A DNA stretch of 64,000 nt from Myxococcota bacterium (GTDB lineage: Bacteria > Myxococcota_A > UBA9042 > PHBI01 > JACKFB01). The position numbers and the translations under genes were made by a program. The notes beneath the pieces are model-generated. The model was not told the DNA's origin, did not search any database, and was given only the letters and a program-made list of their open reading frames with translations. Positions 10,426 to 21,821 of this stretch are shown piece by piece. The stretch's first letter is position 1. Every line of letters starts with the position of its first letter. The DNA lies in the NCBI GenBank assembly GCA_051747385.1, contig JBNJGB010000024.1, positions 25,797 to 89,796 of the forward strand. Reading direction: 5' to 3'.

Positions 10426-10498
10426 TGAGCCGAGCGGGGGTCGAACCCGCGACCATTGGATTAAAAGTCCAGTGCTCTACCAGCTGAGCTATCGGCTC
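10426..10498 (-). tRNA. tRNA-Lys (anticodon TTT)
   Basis: Reverse complement is GAGCCGATAGCTCAGCTGGTAGAGCACTGGACTTTTAATCCAATGGTCGCGGGTTCGACCCCCGCTCGGCTCA. It folds as a cloverleaf with a GAGCCGA/TCGGCTC acceptor stem and anticodon loop CTTTTAA. Confidence 0.85.
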
Positions 10499-10536
10499 CG
10501 AGCGGGCAGCCTTCTAGCGGAGCCGCCCGGGCACCG

Positions 10537-11694
10537 TCAAGCCGTGCCCGTCGGAGCCTCGCGGCGGGCGCGCATCATCGCGATGAAGGGATCGAAGAGG
10601 TAGTGCGCGTCGTGGGGCCCCGGGCTCGCCTCGGGGTGATACTGGACGCTGTAGCACAGACGGGCCTCCGAGGCGAAGCCCGCCACGGTGTCGTCGTTCA
10701 GGTTCAGGTGCGTCACCCGCGCGCCCTCGGGGAGCGAGCCCGCGCGTACGGCGAAGCCGTGGTTCTGGCTCGTGATCTCGACCTTGTGGCTGTCCTCGTG
10801 GCGCACCGGGTGGTTCGCCCCGTGGTGGCCGAACTTCAGCTTGTAGGTGTCCGCGCCCATGGCCAGGGCCAGGATCTGGTGGCCGAGGCAGATGCCGAAC
10901 AACGGCACCTTCCCCACGAGCCCGGCCACCTCCTCGCGGGCGCCCGCCACGGCGGCCGGATCCCCGGGGCCGTTGGACAGGAAGACCCCGTCCGGCTCCA
11001 TGGCGAGGACCTCCTCTGCGGGCGTGTCCGCCGGGACGACCGTGACCTCGCAGCCCCGCTCGAGCAGGTGGCGGAGGATGTTGTTCTTCACGCCGAAGTC
11101 GTAGGCGACCACGCGGTACGGCCGCTCGGGCTGCGGGAAGGCCTTCGCGTCCGACGGGTCGAGGTGCTGCGGTCGCTCGATCCAGCAGTAGGGGCCCGGG
11201 GTGGTCACCTCGCGCACCAGGTCGCGCCCCACCAGCCCGGGGACGCCCGCCGCGATGGCCCGCGCCTCGTCGTCGCTCGGGGCGGGGCTGAGGATCACGC
11301 CCGGCTGGGCGCCGGCCTCGCGGATGTGGCGCACCAGCGCGCGGGTGTCCACCTCCGTGATGCCCACGACGTCGTGCTCGACCAGGTAGGAGTGGAGATC
11401 CTGCGTGCCCCGGTAGTTCGAGACCACCGGGCTCACGGCGCGGACGATCAGACCCGCGGCGAAGACGCGGCGAGACTCGGGATCGTGCGGGTTGACCCCG
11501 TAGTTGCCGATCTCCGGATAGGTCATCGTCACGATCTGCCCGGCGTAGGACGGATCCGTGAGGATCTCCTGGTAGCCGGTCATGGCGGTGTTGAAGACGA
11601 CCTCGCCGGCCGCCTGCCCTCGCGCTCCGAGGGCGCGCCCCTCGAAGATGGTGCCGTCCGCCAGGGCGACGACCGCCCGCTCCCGCTCGCTCAT
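10537..11694 (-). CDS. carA: Carbamoyl-phosphate synthase small (glutamine amidotransferase) subunit
   Basis: 385 aa. CPSase small-chain N-domain plus a class-I GATase with catalytic FGICLGHQ. Its start overlaps the pyrC' stop as ATGA. Confidence 0.9.
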   Translation of the reverse strand: MSERERAVVALADGTIFEGRALGARGQAAGEVVFNTAMTGYQEILTDPSYAGQIVTMTYPEIGNYGVNPHDPESRRVFAAGLIVRAVSPVVSNYRGTQDLHSYLVEHDVVGITEVDTRALVRHIREAGAQPGVILSPAPSDDEARAIAAGVPGLVGRDLVREVTTPGPYCWIERPQHLDPSDAKAFPQPERPYRVVAYDFGVKNNILRHLLERGCEVTVVPADTPAEEVLAMEPDGVFLSNGPGDPAAVAGAREEVAGLVGKVPLFGICLGHQILALAMGADTYKLKFGHHGANHPVRHEDSHKVEITSQNHGFAVRAGSLPEGARVTHLNLNDDTVAGFASEARLCYSVQYHPEASPGPHDAHYLFDPFIAMMRARREAPTGTA

Positions 11695-12992
11695 GTCACC
11701 TCCGCGTCGCTCGCACGCCAGATTTCACGGCCGCCTACCAGGGTCCGGACCGCGCGTCCACGGAGAACGCGACCGACGAACGGTGTGTTCCTTCCCCGGC
11801 TCCGCAGGGTGGAGGCGTCGGGGATCCAGGTGGTGCGCGGATCGATCACGGTCAGGTCCGCCCGCGCCCCGGCCGCCACCGAGGTCGCCTCGATGCCCAG
11901 GACCGCCCTCGGCCCGGCCGACAGAAGCTCCACGGCACGCAGCGGGGAGATCACGCCCTCGTCCACCAGCATCAGCACGAGGGAGGCCGTGGTCTCGATG
12001 GCGCTGACGCCCGTGGCGGCCGCGTCGAACTCCCGGGCCTTGTCCTCCGCGTGGTGGGGCTGATGATCGCTGACCACGGCGTCGATGAGCCCCTCCGCCA
12101 GGGCCTGCCGGAGCGCCTCCCGGTGGTGTGCGGCCCGGAGCGGGGGCCGGACGCGCGCGTCGGGATCGTAGTGTTCCAGGGCCTCCACCGTGAGGCTCAG
12201 GTGGTGGCCGGTCACGTCGCAGGTGACGGGCACGCCCCGCTCCCGGGCGGCGCGCAGGGCCGCCAGGCCGTCGGCGGTGCTCAGGCGCTGCAGGTGCAGG
12301 CGCTGGCCTGTCAGCTCCGCCAGGAGCGTGTCCCGGGAGACCCCGATGGCCTCCGCCGCGGCCGGGCTGCCCGGGAGCCCCAGGCGGGTGGAGGCCAGGC
12401 CCTCGTCGCAGAGCCCCTCCAGGGTCGGCTCGGTCGGCGAGATGAACACGGGGATGCCGAAGCCGCCGGCGTACTCCAGGAGGCGCCGCATGAGGCGCGC
12501 GCTCCGCAGCGGGTGCTCGCCCTGGCTCACCGCCACGCAGCCGGCCTCCTTCAGCTCGCCGATCGGGGCCAGGGTCTGGTCCCCCAGGCCGGCCGTCGCC
12601 GCGCCCACCGGCAGCAGGCGCGCGCCCTCGGCGGTCTCGGAGCGCTCGAGGATCTGGCGGACCACCGCCTCGCGATCCGTCACGGGCCGGGTGTCCGGGG
12701 TCGTGCACACCGCCGTGTATCCTCCGGCGGCCGCGGCCCTCAGGCCCGTGTGGACGTCCTCCTTGAACTCGAAGCCCGGCTCTCGGAGGGCGCAGCGCAG
12801 GTCCACGAGGCCCGGGACGAGCCAGCAGCCCTCCAGGGACTCGACGCGATCGCAGGGCTGCGGGGAGACGTCGCCGTCGCCGGGCAGGGCCACGCCGGTG
12901 ATCCGATCGCCCTCGACGATGACCGTGCCCGGGGCGTCCGTGCCCTCCACGGGGTCGAGGATGCGGGCGTCGTTCAGGACCAGGCGTGCCAT
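11691..12992 (-). CDS. pyrC: Dihydroorotase-like protein, probably non-catalytic PyrC' type
   Basis: 433 aa amidohydrolase fold with conserved [11 protein letters not shown] and VSDHQPH. The N-terminal metal-binding HxH is replaced: [11 protein letters not shown] where the family has DxHVHLREPG. Confidence 0.8.
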   Translation of the reverse strand: MARLVLNDARILDPVEGTDAPGTVIVEGDRITGVALPGDGDVSPQPCDRVESLEGCWLVPGLVDLRCALREPGFEFKEDVHTGLRAAAAGGYTAVCTTPDTRPVTDREAVVRQILERSETAEGARLLPVGAATAGLGDQTLAPIGELKEAGCVAVSQGEHPLRSARLMRRLLEYAGGFGIPVFISPTEPTLEGLCDEGLASTRLGLPGSPAAAEAIGVSRDTLLAELTGQRLHLQRLSTADGLAALRAARERGVPVTCDVTGHHLSLTVEALEHYDPDARVRPPLRAAHHREALRQALAEGLIDAVVSDHQPHHAEDKAREFDAAATGVSAIETTASLVLMLVDEGVISPLRAVELLSAGPRAVLGIEATSVAAGARADLTVIDPRTTWIPDASTLRSRGRNTPFVGRVLRGRAVRTLVGGREIWRASDAEVT

Positions 12993-12993
12993 G

Positions 12994-13929
12994 TCAGCCC
13001 TCCTCCGCGAGGCCGCCGCCGGCCACCAGGTACAGGACCGCCATCCGCGCGGCCACCCCGTTGGCGACCTGCTCCAGGATGACGTTGTGCTCGCCGTCCG
13101 CCACCTCCGGCGCGATCTCCACGCCGCGGTTCATGGGGCCGGGGTGCATGACGATGGCGCCCGGCTTCGCCAGGGCCAGCCGCTCCCGGGTGAGCCCGAA
13201 GTAGCGGAAGTACTCCCGGTCGTCCGGGAAGAGGTCGTGGCCCATGCGCTCCTTCTGGATGCGGAGCATCATCACCACGTCGGCGCCCTCCAGGGCCGGC
13301 TCGATGCGCCGGTGGGCCGTCACGCCCAGGTCCTCGAGGTGCGGCGGCAGCATGGTCGCGGGACCGGCCACCCGCACCCGGGCGCCCATGGTGGTCAGGC
13401 CGAAGACGTTCGAGCGGGCCACGCGGCTGTGGTCGATGTCGCCGACGATGGCGACCTCCAGGCCGTCCAGCCGCCCGCAGTGCTGGCGCATGGTCATCAT
13501 GTCCAGCAGGGCCTGGGTCGGGTGCTCGTGCCAGCCGTCCCCGGCGTTCACCACGGCCGCGTCGATGTGTCGCGTGAGCAGGCCCGGGACCCCGGCGGAG
13601 GCGTGCCGGACGACCAGGATGTCCGGGGCCATGGCCTGGAGGTTCCGGACCGTGTCGATGAGGGTCTCGCCCTTCGACAGGCTGGACGTCGAGGCGCTGA
13701 AGTTCAGCGTGTCCGCGGACAGCCGCTTCTCGGCGATCTCGAAGCTGCTCCGGGTGCGCGTGGACGACTCCACGAAGAAGTTCACGACGAGCACGCCGCG
13801 GAGCGCGGGCACCTTCTTCATGCGGCGCTCGTTGACGCGCTTGAAGTGCTCGGCCAGGTCCAGGATCGCCGTGAGCGTGTCCCGACCGAGGTCCTCCATC
13901 CCCAGGAGGTGTGGCAGCGTGATGGCCAT
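12994..13929 (-). CDS. pyrB: Aspartate carbamoyltransferase catalytic subunit
   Basis: 311 aa with STRTR, HEHPTQ and HPGP motifs. The start, [10 protein letters not shown] at 13929, overlaps the pyrR stop by 1 nt. Confidence 0.9.
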   Translation of the reverse strand: MAITLPHLLGMEDLGRDTLTAILDLAEHFKRVNERRMKKVPALRGVLVVNFFVESSTRTRSSFEIAEKRLSADTLNFSASTSSLSKGETLIDTVRNLQAMAPDILVVRHASAGVPGLLTRHIDAAVVNAGDGWHEHPTQALLDMMTMRQHCGRLDGLEVAIVGDIDHSRVARSNVFGLTTMGARVRVAGPATMLPPHLEDLGVTAHRRIEPALEGADVVMMLRIQKERMGHDLFPDDREYFRYFGLTRERLALAKPGAIVMHPGPMNRGVEIAPEVADGEHNVILEQVANGVAARMAVLYLVAGGGLAEEG

Positions 13930-14486
13930 CAGGCCCCCTCCTTCACGTAGAGCGCGATGCGATCCTCCGGGGCGCCCTCCTCGATCAGCTCCACCTTGAC
14001 GGAGTGGCGCCGCTCCGTCGTGATCTGCTGGCCGACGAAGTCCGCCTGGATGGGAAGCTCCCGGTGGCCCCGGTCCACCAGCACGGCGAGCCGGATCCAC
14101 TCGGGCCGGCCGTAGTCGATGACCGCGTCCAGCCCGGCCCGCACCGTGCGCCCCGTGTAGAGGACGTCGTCGACGAGCAGCAGGCGCATGCCCGTGACGT
14201 CGAAGGGCATCTCCGTGCGGCCCACGACGGGCTGGGGCAGGCCGATGAAGACGTCGTCCCGGTACAGGGTGATGTCGATCATCCCCTCGGCCGGCCGGAT
14301 GCCCTCGTCCTCCTCGATGAGATCCACGAGCCTGCGGCCCAGGTGCACCCCGCCGCGGTGGATGCCGACGACGGCGAGGCGTTCGACGCCGCCCGTGGAC
14401 TCGACGATCTCGCGGGCGATGCGCCTCAGCGCCCGTCGAATGCCGTCGGCGTCGAGGAGGATGCGCTGGAGACGAAGCTCGCCCAT
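13929..14486 (-). CDS. pyrR: PyrR bifunctional pyrimidine regulatory protein / uracil phosphoribosyltransferase
   Basis: 185 aa with the PRPP-binding loop [13 protein letters not shown]. Confidence 0.85.
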   Translation of the reverse strand: MGELRLQRILLDADGIRRALRRIAREIVESTGGVERLAVVGIHRGGVHLGRRLVDLIEEDEGIRPAEGMIDITLYRDDVFIGLPQPVVGRTEMPFDVTGMRLLLVDDVLYTGRTVRAGLDAVIDYGRPEWIRLAVLVDRGHRELPIQADFVGQQITTERRHSVKVELIEEGAPEDRIALYVKEGA

Positions 14487-14493
14487 GGTTCCC

Positions 14494-15555
14494 TCAGTCG
14501 AGCCAGGTGAACAGGCGCGAGGTGTCCCGCGCCCACCAGATCACGAACGCGTTGCCCTTGATGTCGTCGAAGTCGACGAAGCCCCAGAAGCGCCCGTCCT
14601 CCGACCGATCCCGGTTGTCGCCCATCACGAGGACGTGATCCTCCGGGACCACCACGTCGGGCCAGGCCTCGTTGGCGCCGGCGTCACCGATGTAGCGGCC
14701 GTGGCTGTCGCGGAGCGGCCAGTCGGGCTGGTTGACGCACCGGGCCCGGCCGAACACGCCGCCGCCGGGCGGGGTGAGCATGTGCTGGGTCGTGTACGTC
14801 GTGCCGTCGACCGTCTCCTCCTGCCGGACGCAGGGGCACTCGGCCACCGCGGCGCCGGCCTCGTCCCGGCCGCTGTCGTACACGGCGCACCGCGCCTCCC
14901 CCAGCACCTCCGTCGGGACCGGTTCGCCGTTGATCCACAGCCGGTTGTCCTCCAGGCGGACCCGGTCGCCGGGCAGCCCGATGACCCGCTTGATGTAGTC
15001 CTCGCCCTTGTGGGCGCCCGCGTGGTCGAACTCGAAGACGATGACGTCGCCGCGATCGGGCTCGTCCCAGTGGACCATGCGGTGGGACGAGAAGGGCACG
15101 TACAGCCCGAAGGCGATCTTGTTGACGAAGAGGCGATCCCCGATGTGCAGGGTCGGCAGCATGGACCCGCTGGGGATGGAGAAGGCCTCGAAGAAGAACG
15201 ACCGGATGAGCAGCGCCAGGCCGACGGCCCAGGCGATGGCCTCCACGTACTCCCGGAGCATGGTCTTGCGCCAGGAGCCGAAGTGCTCCTCGAGGGAGCG
15301 GTCGAGGGCCTCGGTCGCGGTCGCCAGCCTCTCCAGGTCGGCGTCGCGGCGCCCCCTGGCGGGGAGCGCGTCCCGCACGGCGTCCAGGTCCCCCCGCACG
15401 GTCTCCACCGCGGCCGAGCCAGCCCGCGTGCCCTTCTTCCGGACGAGCGTCGTGGCCTCCCGCACCAGCTCGCGGGCCCGGCGAACGAGTCGCTTGCGGG
15501 AGACCCCCTTGGAGCCTCCTCCGCGAGACGACCGGGTGTTGCCAGGCGGAGACAT
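14494..15555 (-). CDS. lepB: Signal peptidase I with a long basic N-terminal extension
   Basis: SGSMLPTL (Ser box), GDRL, KRVIGLPGD and GDNRDRSEDGRFWG boxes. Confidence 0.85.
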   Translation of the reverse strand: MSPPGNTRSSRGGGSKGVSRKRLVRRARELVREATTLVRKKGTRAGSAAVETVRGDLDAVRDALPARGRRDADLERLATATEALDRSLEEHFGSWRKTMLREYVEAIAWAVGLALLIRSFFFEAFSIPSGSMLPTLHIGDRLFVNKIAFGLYVPFSSHRMVHWDEPDRGDVIVFEFDHAGAHKGEDYIKRVIGLPGDRVRLEDNRLWINGEPVPTEVLGEARCAVYDSGRDEAGAAVAECPCVRQEETVDGTTYTTQHMLTPPGGGVFGRARCVNQPDWPLRDSHGRYIGDAGANEAWPDVVVPEDHVLVMGDNRDRSEDGRFWGFVDFDDIKGNAFVIWWARDTSRLFTWLD

Positions 15556-15650
15556 CCGAGCTCCGGAGCAGGGGTTCTTCGCGGCGCTCAGCGCATGGCG
15601 CGCGGCTCGCGCACGGCTTATAGGTGCCGGGGATCCCCGGTGTCAACGCC

Positions 15651-15836
15651 TCAGGGGCCGCCGAGCAGGGCGGTCGCAAAGTCGACCGCCCTCCCTTGCC
15701 TTTGCCCTTGCCCTTGCCCGTGCCTGCTCTCAGACGCGCAAAACCCATCGTTTCCGAGCGGGTGCAATCCGGGGCCGGGCGCCGTACCGCCGCACGGCCC
15801 TGACCTTTCCGACTTTGCGATTGCCCTGAGGGGCCG
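15651..15836 (+). mobile_element. Family A MITE-like element, copy 1 (core 15666..15826 plus flanking 10-bp direct repeats)
   Basis: From 5' to 3': AGGGCGGTCG, then a 9-bp hairpin (GGGCGGTCG-caaagt-CGACCGCCC), then five CCCTTG-type hexamers, then a conserved CCATCGTTTCCGAGCGGGTG box, ending in GCGATTGCCC. The ends form an imperfect terminal inverted repeat (GGGCGGTCGC versus GGGCAATCGC). Flanked by tcaggggccg and tgaggggccg. Confidence 0.5.
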
Positions 15837-15850
15837 AGTCGCCGCGCCCG

Positions 15851-17677
<1,827 letters not shown>

Positions 17678-17760
17678 CGGGCTCCTGATGCGTGGGCGCG
17701 GGACGCGCCCGGGGCTCGTGGGGGCGAACGGACAGGGGGTAGAGCGCGCGAGGGCGCGGA

Positions 17761-18705
17761 CTATTCCCCGGCGGCCACCGCGGCGCGGAACCACGGGGCG
17801 CTGCGGGTGAGGCCCTCGCGGAGGCCCACGGCGGGCTCCCAGCCGAGCACCCGGCGGGCGAGGGCGATGTCCGGGCGGCGCACCTTGGGGTCGTCCGCCG
17901 GGAGATCCCGGTGGATCACCTCGCTGGTGCAGCCTCCGAACAGATCGATGCAGATGCGGGCGAGCTCGAGGATGCTGTGCTCGTCCGGGTTGCCCAGGTT
18001 CAGCGGGCCGGCCTGGTCGCCGTGGACCATGCGGACGACGCCCTCGACCAGGTCGTCCACGAAGCAGAAGCTCCGCGACTGGGAGCCGTCCCCGAACACG
18101 GGAAGGGCCCGGCCGCGCAGCACGCGCTCCATGAACGTGGGGACCACGCGGCCGTCGCCGAGGCGCATGCGGGGGCCGTAGGTGTTGAAGATCCGGATGA
18201 TTCGGCCGTCGACGCCGTGGACGCGCCGGTACGTGGAGGTCGCGGCCTCCGCGAAGCGCTTGGCCTCGTCGTAGCAGGCGCGCGGCCCCACGGGGTTCAC
18301 GTGGCCCCAGTAGTCCTCCGGCTGGGGGTGGACCTGGGGATCGCCGTACACCTCGCTCGTGGACGCCAGGAGGAACACGGCGCCCTGGTCGCGTGCCGCC
18401 TCCAGGCAGTGCAGCGTACCCTCGGATCCGGCGCGGAGGGTCTCGACCGCCAGGCGCGCGTAGTCCACCGGGCTGGCGGGAGACGCGAAGTGAAGGATGG
18501 CGTCGGCGGCCGGCGCGTCGCCGAGCCCGTCCACGACGTCGGCCTCCACCAGATCGAAGCGGGGCTCTCGCTCCAGCCCCGCCAGGTTGGCGCGCGCGCC
18601 GGTGGACAGGTCGTCGACCCCGACGACCTCGTGGCCGTCGGCGACGAACCGCTCACAGAGGTGCGAGCCGATGAAGCCCGCGCCGCCGGTGATGATCACC
18701 CGCAT
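17761..18705 (-). CDS. UDP-glucuronate decarboxylase / NAD-dependent sugar epimerase-dehydratase (UXS-like)
   Basis: [12 protein letters not shown] Rossmann motif and the catalytic YDEAKR (YxxxK). Confidence 0.85.
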   Translation of the reverse strand: MRVIITGGAGFIGSHLCERFVADGHEVVGVDDLSTGARANLAGLEREPRFDLVEADVVDGLGDAPAADAILHFASPASPVDYARLAVETLRAGSEGTLHCLEAARDQGAVFLLASTSEVYGDPQVHPQPEDYWGHVNPVGPRACYDEAKRFAEAATSTYRRVHGVDGRIIRIFNTYGPRMRLGDGRVVPTFMERVLRGRALPVFGDGSQSRSFCFVDDLVEGVVRMVHGDQAGPLNLGNPDEHSILELARICIDLFGGCTSEVIHRDLPADDPKVRRPDIALARRVLGWEPAVGLREGLTRSAPWFRAAVAAGE

Positions 18706-18748
18706 CTGGAATCGCTCTCCCCACGCGCGTCGAGGTCCGTGGCGCCGG

Positions 18749-18943
18749 TCAACCGTCCCCCTCGTCGCCGATGGCGAGCCCGAGCTGGGTGGGGAGGCGA
18801 TCCCGGTACTTCTCCAGCGCCAGGTCGATCCCCTCGCGGATGAACTGCGCCATGGGCGTGCCGGTCACCTGGCTGAGCAGCTTGAGCTGCCGATCCTGCT
18901 CGACGGTGATGTAGATGGTCGTCGCGACCTTCCTGCTCGCCAT
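18749..18943 (-). CDS. Ribbon-helix-helix (CopG/Arc-like) small DNA-binding protein, 64 aa
   Basis: TIYITVEQDRQLKLLSQVTGTPMAQFIREGIDLAL fits a beta-strand plus two-helix RHH fold. No toxin partner is present. Confidence 0.5.
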   Translation of the reverse strand: MASRKVATTIYITVEQDRQLKLLSQVTGTPMAQFIREGIDLALEKYRDRLPTQLGLAIGDEGDG

Positions 18944-19030
18944 GCCGGCCTCCGTGGCCGCGCGAAGCTAGCGGGGCCCCGCGGGCCTTGTCAATGACGG
19001 GCGTCGGTCGGGGCGGAGCGCCAACGGCGA

Positions 19031-19256
19031 CTCACAGCTCCTCACGTGGCGCGAGACGAAGTGCTCGCGCAAAGACGTGAAGACGCAAAGGAAAACGGCA
19101 CGCTCCGGCCCGGGTCGCTCGCTGCTGGCCTGCCGGTGGCCTGGCAGCCTCGGCCGAACCGGTGTGCGAGCGGTTTGCTGGCCTTCGAGGTTCGGCGGCG
19201 CGGCGCGCGATTGTCCGCGAGATCGCGGTATCCCGAGATGTGCAGGGCTGTGAGCC
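19031..19256 (+). mobile_element. Family B MITE-like element, copy 1
   Basis: About 80% identical over roughly 225 bp to 45052..45275. Ends form a terminal inverted repeat (ctcacag ... ctgtgagcc). Contains a conserved hairpin GCGCGAG-acgaagtg-CTCGCGC. Confidence 0.45.
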
Positions 19257-19373
19257 TCCGGCGAGGGTCCTGCGCCCGGCCGTCCGTGGAATTTCGGGGG
19301 CGTGCGCGTGCTTGTCTACGGGTGAGCCCACAACTATAGTCCGCGCGCCTTCCAGCGCGCAGGAGCCAGGCGA

Positions 19374-21035
19374 ATGAGCGAGCGCGACGACAAGCAGCGG
19401 GGCGGCAGCGTCTCGGCCACCGACGAGGGGGTCGAGCCGGCCGCCGCCGGGCGCCGGCCCACGGTGGTCCGGGTGGGCCAGGGGGAGCAGGCGCCGGAGC
19501 CCGAGCCGACGCCCGAGGAGCGCCCGAAGCCGGCGCCACGGGTCGAGGTGGAGACCGACGGGGACTTCGCCGCGCTCCTCGCCGAGCAGGAGGCGGGCGG
19601 AGATCAGCCCGACGGCTTCCGGCCCGGGGACAAGGTCGAGGGCGTCGTGGAGGTGGTCAGCCTCCACGGAGACGAGGTCTTCCTGGACCTGGGCGGCAAG
19701 GTCACGGGCTACGTCCTGAAGGAGGAGCTCCGCGATCTGGAGGGTCACCTCACCGTCGAGCAGGGCGACCGCCTCGAGGGCGTGGTCGCCGGCATGGACG
19801 CGAACGGCGTCCGGGTCCGCACGTCCGTGGGCCGCGGGGTCCGGGACCGCGAGGCCATCATCGAAGCGTACGAGGCCGGCCTGCCCGTCGAGGGGAAGGT
19901 GGTCGACGTCAACAAGGGCGGCTTCGAGGTGGAGGCCGCCGGGGGCCGCGCGTTCTGCCCCATGAGCCACATGGACCTGTTCCGGCCGCCCGAGCCGCAG
20001 GAGTACGTGGGCCGCACGCTCACCTTCAAGGTGCTGGAGCTCCGGGAGGGCTCGCCGGTCCTGTCCCGCGCGGAGCTCCTCCGGGAGCAGCGGGCCGAGC
20101 AGGCCGCCGAGCTCAGGGAGCGCCTCGTGCCGGGCGCCCGGCTGCCGGGCGTGGTCCGGAGCATCCAGAAGTTCGGCGCGTTCGTGGACCTGGGCGGCGT
20201 GGATGGCCTGGTGCACACGAGCGAGCTGAGCTGGGGCCACGTGGACGATCCCCACGAGGTGGTCTCCCTCGGCCAGGAGGTGGAGGTCGTCGTCCTCGAG
20301 GTGGACGAGGACCGAGACCGGGTGGGGCTGTCCATCGCCCGGGCGCAGGGTGACCCTTTCGAGGACGCCATGCAGGCCATCCAGGTGGGCAGCGTCGTGG
20401 ACGGCACGATCGTCCGCCTGACGAACTTCGGGGCGTTCGTGAACCTGGCGCCCCACGTGGACGGGATGATCCACGTCTCCGACATGGCCCACCACCACGT
20501 GCGGCACCCCAAGGAGGTGGTCTCCAAGGGGGATCACGTGCGCGTGAAGGTCACCGGCATCGACCTGGGGCAGCGCCGCATCGGGCTGAGCCTCAAGGAC
20601 CTCTCCGACGACCCGTGGGACAGCGCCGAGGAGCGATACTCCCCGGGGACCGTCGTGAAGGGCACCGTCGCCCGGATCGCCCAGTTTGGCGTCTTCATCG
20701 ACCTCGAGCCCGGCGTCACGGGACTGCTGCACGCCAGCGAGAGTGGCGTCCCCCAGGGACAACCCCTGCAGTCCGCCTACAAGCCCGGCTCCGAGGTGGA
20801 GGTGCGCATCCTCCGCGTGGACTCGGACGAGCGGAAGATCGGGCTCACCGTGAAGGACGAGTCCGAGCGGGCGGCGAAGCCGCGTCCCAGGGGCGGTGGA
20901 CCCCGGCGTGGCAGTCCTCGCGGCGGCGGGCAGCCGAAGGTCTGGCGCGATCGGGAGGCGCAGGAGCCCGCCGGCGACAAGGGCCTCGGGACCCTGGGGG
21001 AGAAGCTGATGAAGGCCCTCGAGAAGGACGACTGA
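19374..21035 (+). CDS. S1 RNA-binding domain protein (ribosomal protein S1-like, 5-6 S1 repeats)
   Basis: 553 aa with repeated G-x-V/I...GFGAFVDL...GL(V/I)H.S(E/D) S1 motifs and an acidic/basic low-complexity N-terminus. Confidence 0.8.
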   Translation: MSERDDKQRGGSVSATDEGVEPAAAGRRPTVVRVGQGEQAPEPEPTPEERPKPAPRVEVETDGDFAALLAEQEAGGDQPDGFRPGDKVEGVVEVVSLHGDEVFLDLGGKVTGYVLKEELRDLEGHLTVEQGDRLEGVVAGMDANGVRVRTSVGRGVRDREAIIEAYEAGLPVEGKVVDVNKGGFEVEAAGGRAFCPMSHMDLFRPPEPQEYVGRTLTFKVLELREGSPVLSRAELLREQRAEQAAELRERLVPGARLPGVVRSIQKFGAFVDLGGVDGLVHTSELSWGHVDDPHEVVSLGQEVEVVVLEVDEDRDRVGLSIARAQGDPFEDAMQAIQVGSVVDGTIVRLTNFGAFVNLAPHVDGMIHVSDMAHHHVRHPKEVVSKGDHVRVKVTGIDLGQRRIGLSLKDLSDDPWDSAEERYSPGTVVKGTVARIAQFGVFIDLEPGVTGLLHASESGVPQGQPLQSAYKPGSEVEVRILRVDSDERKIGLTVKDESERAAKPRPRGGGPRRGSPRGGGQPKVWRDREAQEPAGDKGLGTLGEKLMKALEKDD

Positions 21036-21040
21036 GGGGC

Positions 21041-21742
21041 GTGCGGAGAGGCAGGCCGAACTCGTCCCGCGCGGCCCTGGTCGTGGGGTTCCTGGTCCTG
21101 GGCGCCGGTGGCCTGACCGCCTGCCCCGAGTGGTTGGAGATGCCTCCGCCGCAGGGCGGGGACACGGGGGCGCCCGAGCCCGTGGCCCTCGAGGGTCCGC
21201 CGGTCCACCTGCCCTCGCGGGGGCCGAGGGTGGACGGCGCGGGGCCGCTGGTCCCCATGACCCCGGGGCTCCGGGTTCCGGACGGCTACTGGACGCGGGT
21301 GCGCCTGGACGCCGCCGACCTCCTGCTTCCCTGGACCTGGGCGGTCGCCCACACGACGTCGGACGGGGAGGGGCCCCACCTGGTCCTCCGCCTGCTGGCG
21401 GCCGAGGGCCCCGTGGCGCCGGACGCGCGGGCCCTCCGCGCCGTCATTCCGCTGGCCGTTCCGGAGGGGACGCGCCTGGAGGCCCTGGAGGGGCTCGAGC
21501 TGGGACCCGAGGCGATGGCGCAGGCCACGATCGGCCTTCGGACCGACGCCCGGAACCGCTGGCTCGTCACGCCTCGCCGCCTGGCGATCACCTCCGTGCG
21601 CCCCCGCGTGGTCGTGGGCACGCTGGAGGGCGTGGCGCGGCGCGGATCCCAGGGACGGCGCGAGCGCGTGTTCCAGGCGGGGTTCCTCGCCCTCCGCGCC
21701 GACCGGGGGCCGGAGGCGGCCGGAGCACCGCCCGGCGGCTGA
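21041..21742 (+). CDS. Hypothetical lipoprotein (start uncertain; possible GTG)
   Basis: Signal/lipobox ALVVGFLVLGAGGLTAC. No in-frame ATG. The protein-like composition contrasts with the Arg/Pro-rich overlapping frames. Confidence 0.4.
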   Translation: MRRGRPNSSRAALVVGFLVLGAGGLTACPEWLEMPPPQGGDTGAPEPVALEGPPVHLPSRGPRVDGAGPLVPMTPGLRVPDGYWTRVRLDAADLLLPWTWAVAHTTSDGEGPHLVLRLLAAEGPVAPDARALRAVIPLAVPEGTRLEALEGLELGPEAMAQATIGLRTDARNRWLVTPRRLAITSVRPRVVVGTLEGVARRGSQGRRERVFQAGFLALRADRGPEAAGAPPGG

Positions 21743-21821
21743 CAGTCGCCGCGGCTTTCCAGTAGCCTCGGGGTATCCCACCAAGCGTCGAGCGGCGCGT
21801 GTCCCCGCGCGGAGGTGCAGC

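Noticed and set aside
15628-15641. Perfect 14-bp palindrome CCGGGGATCCCCGG just upstream of family A copy 1
   Set aside because: It occurs once and sits between lepB and lepA on the non-coding side. It may simply be a restriction-site-like palindrome, and there is no supporting repeat or context.
15692-15725. CCCTTG hexamer arrays considered as a possible CRISPR or minisatellite array
   Set aside because: Units are 6 bp with no spacers and no cas genes. This is a microsatellite internal to a repeat element, not a CRISPR.
15651-15836. GK-repeat mini-ORFs (MGFARLRAGTGKGKGKGKG..., MDSTPSKAGKGKGKGKGKGKGKG..., MDFARLRAGKGGG...) inside family A elements
   Set aside because: The reading frame is not preserved between copies (hexamer count and a 1-nt indel change the frame). 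The downstream 'protein' differs completely, so the ORFs are by-products of the CCCTTG microsatellite.
19046-19339. Paralogous small ORFs inside family B elements (19046..19339+ and 45067..45705+; MARDEVLAQRRE... / MSRDEGLAQRRE...)
   Set aside because: Differences between the two copies are mostly non-synonymous and evenly spread. The second ORF runs antisense into the giant lipoprotein gene. The conserved hairpin and terminal repeats fit a non-coding element.
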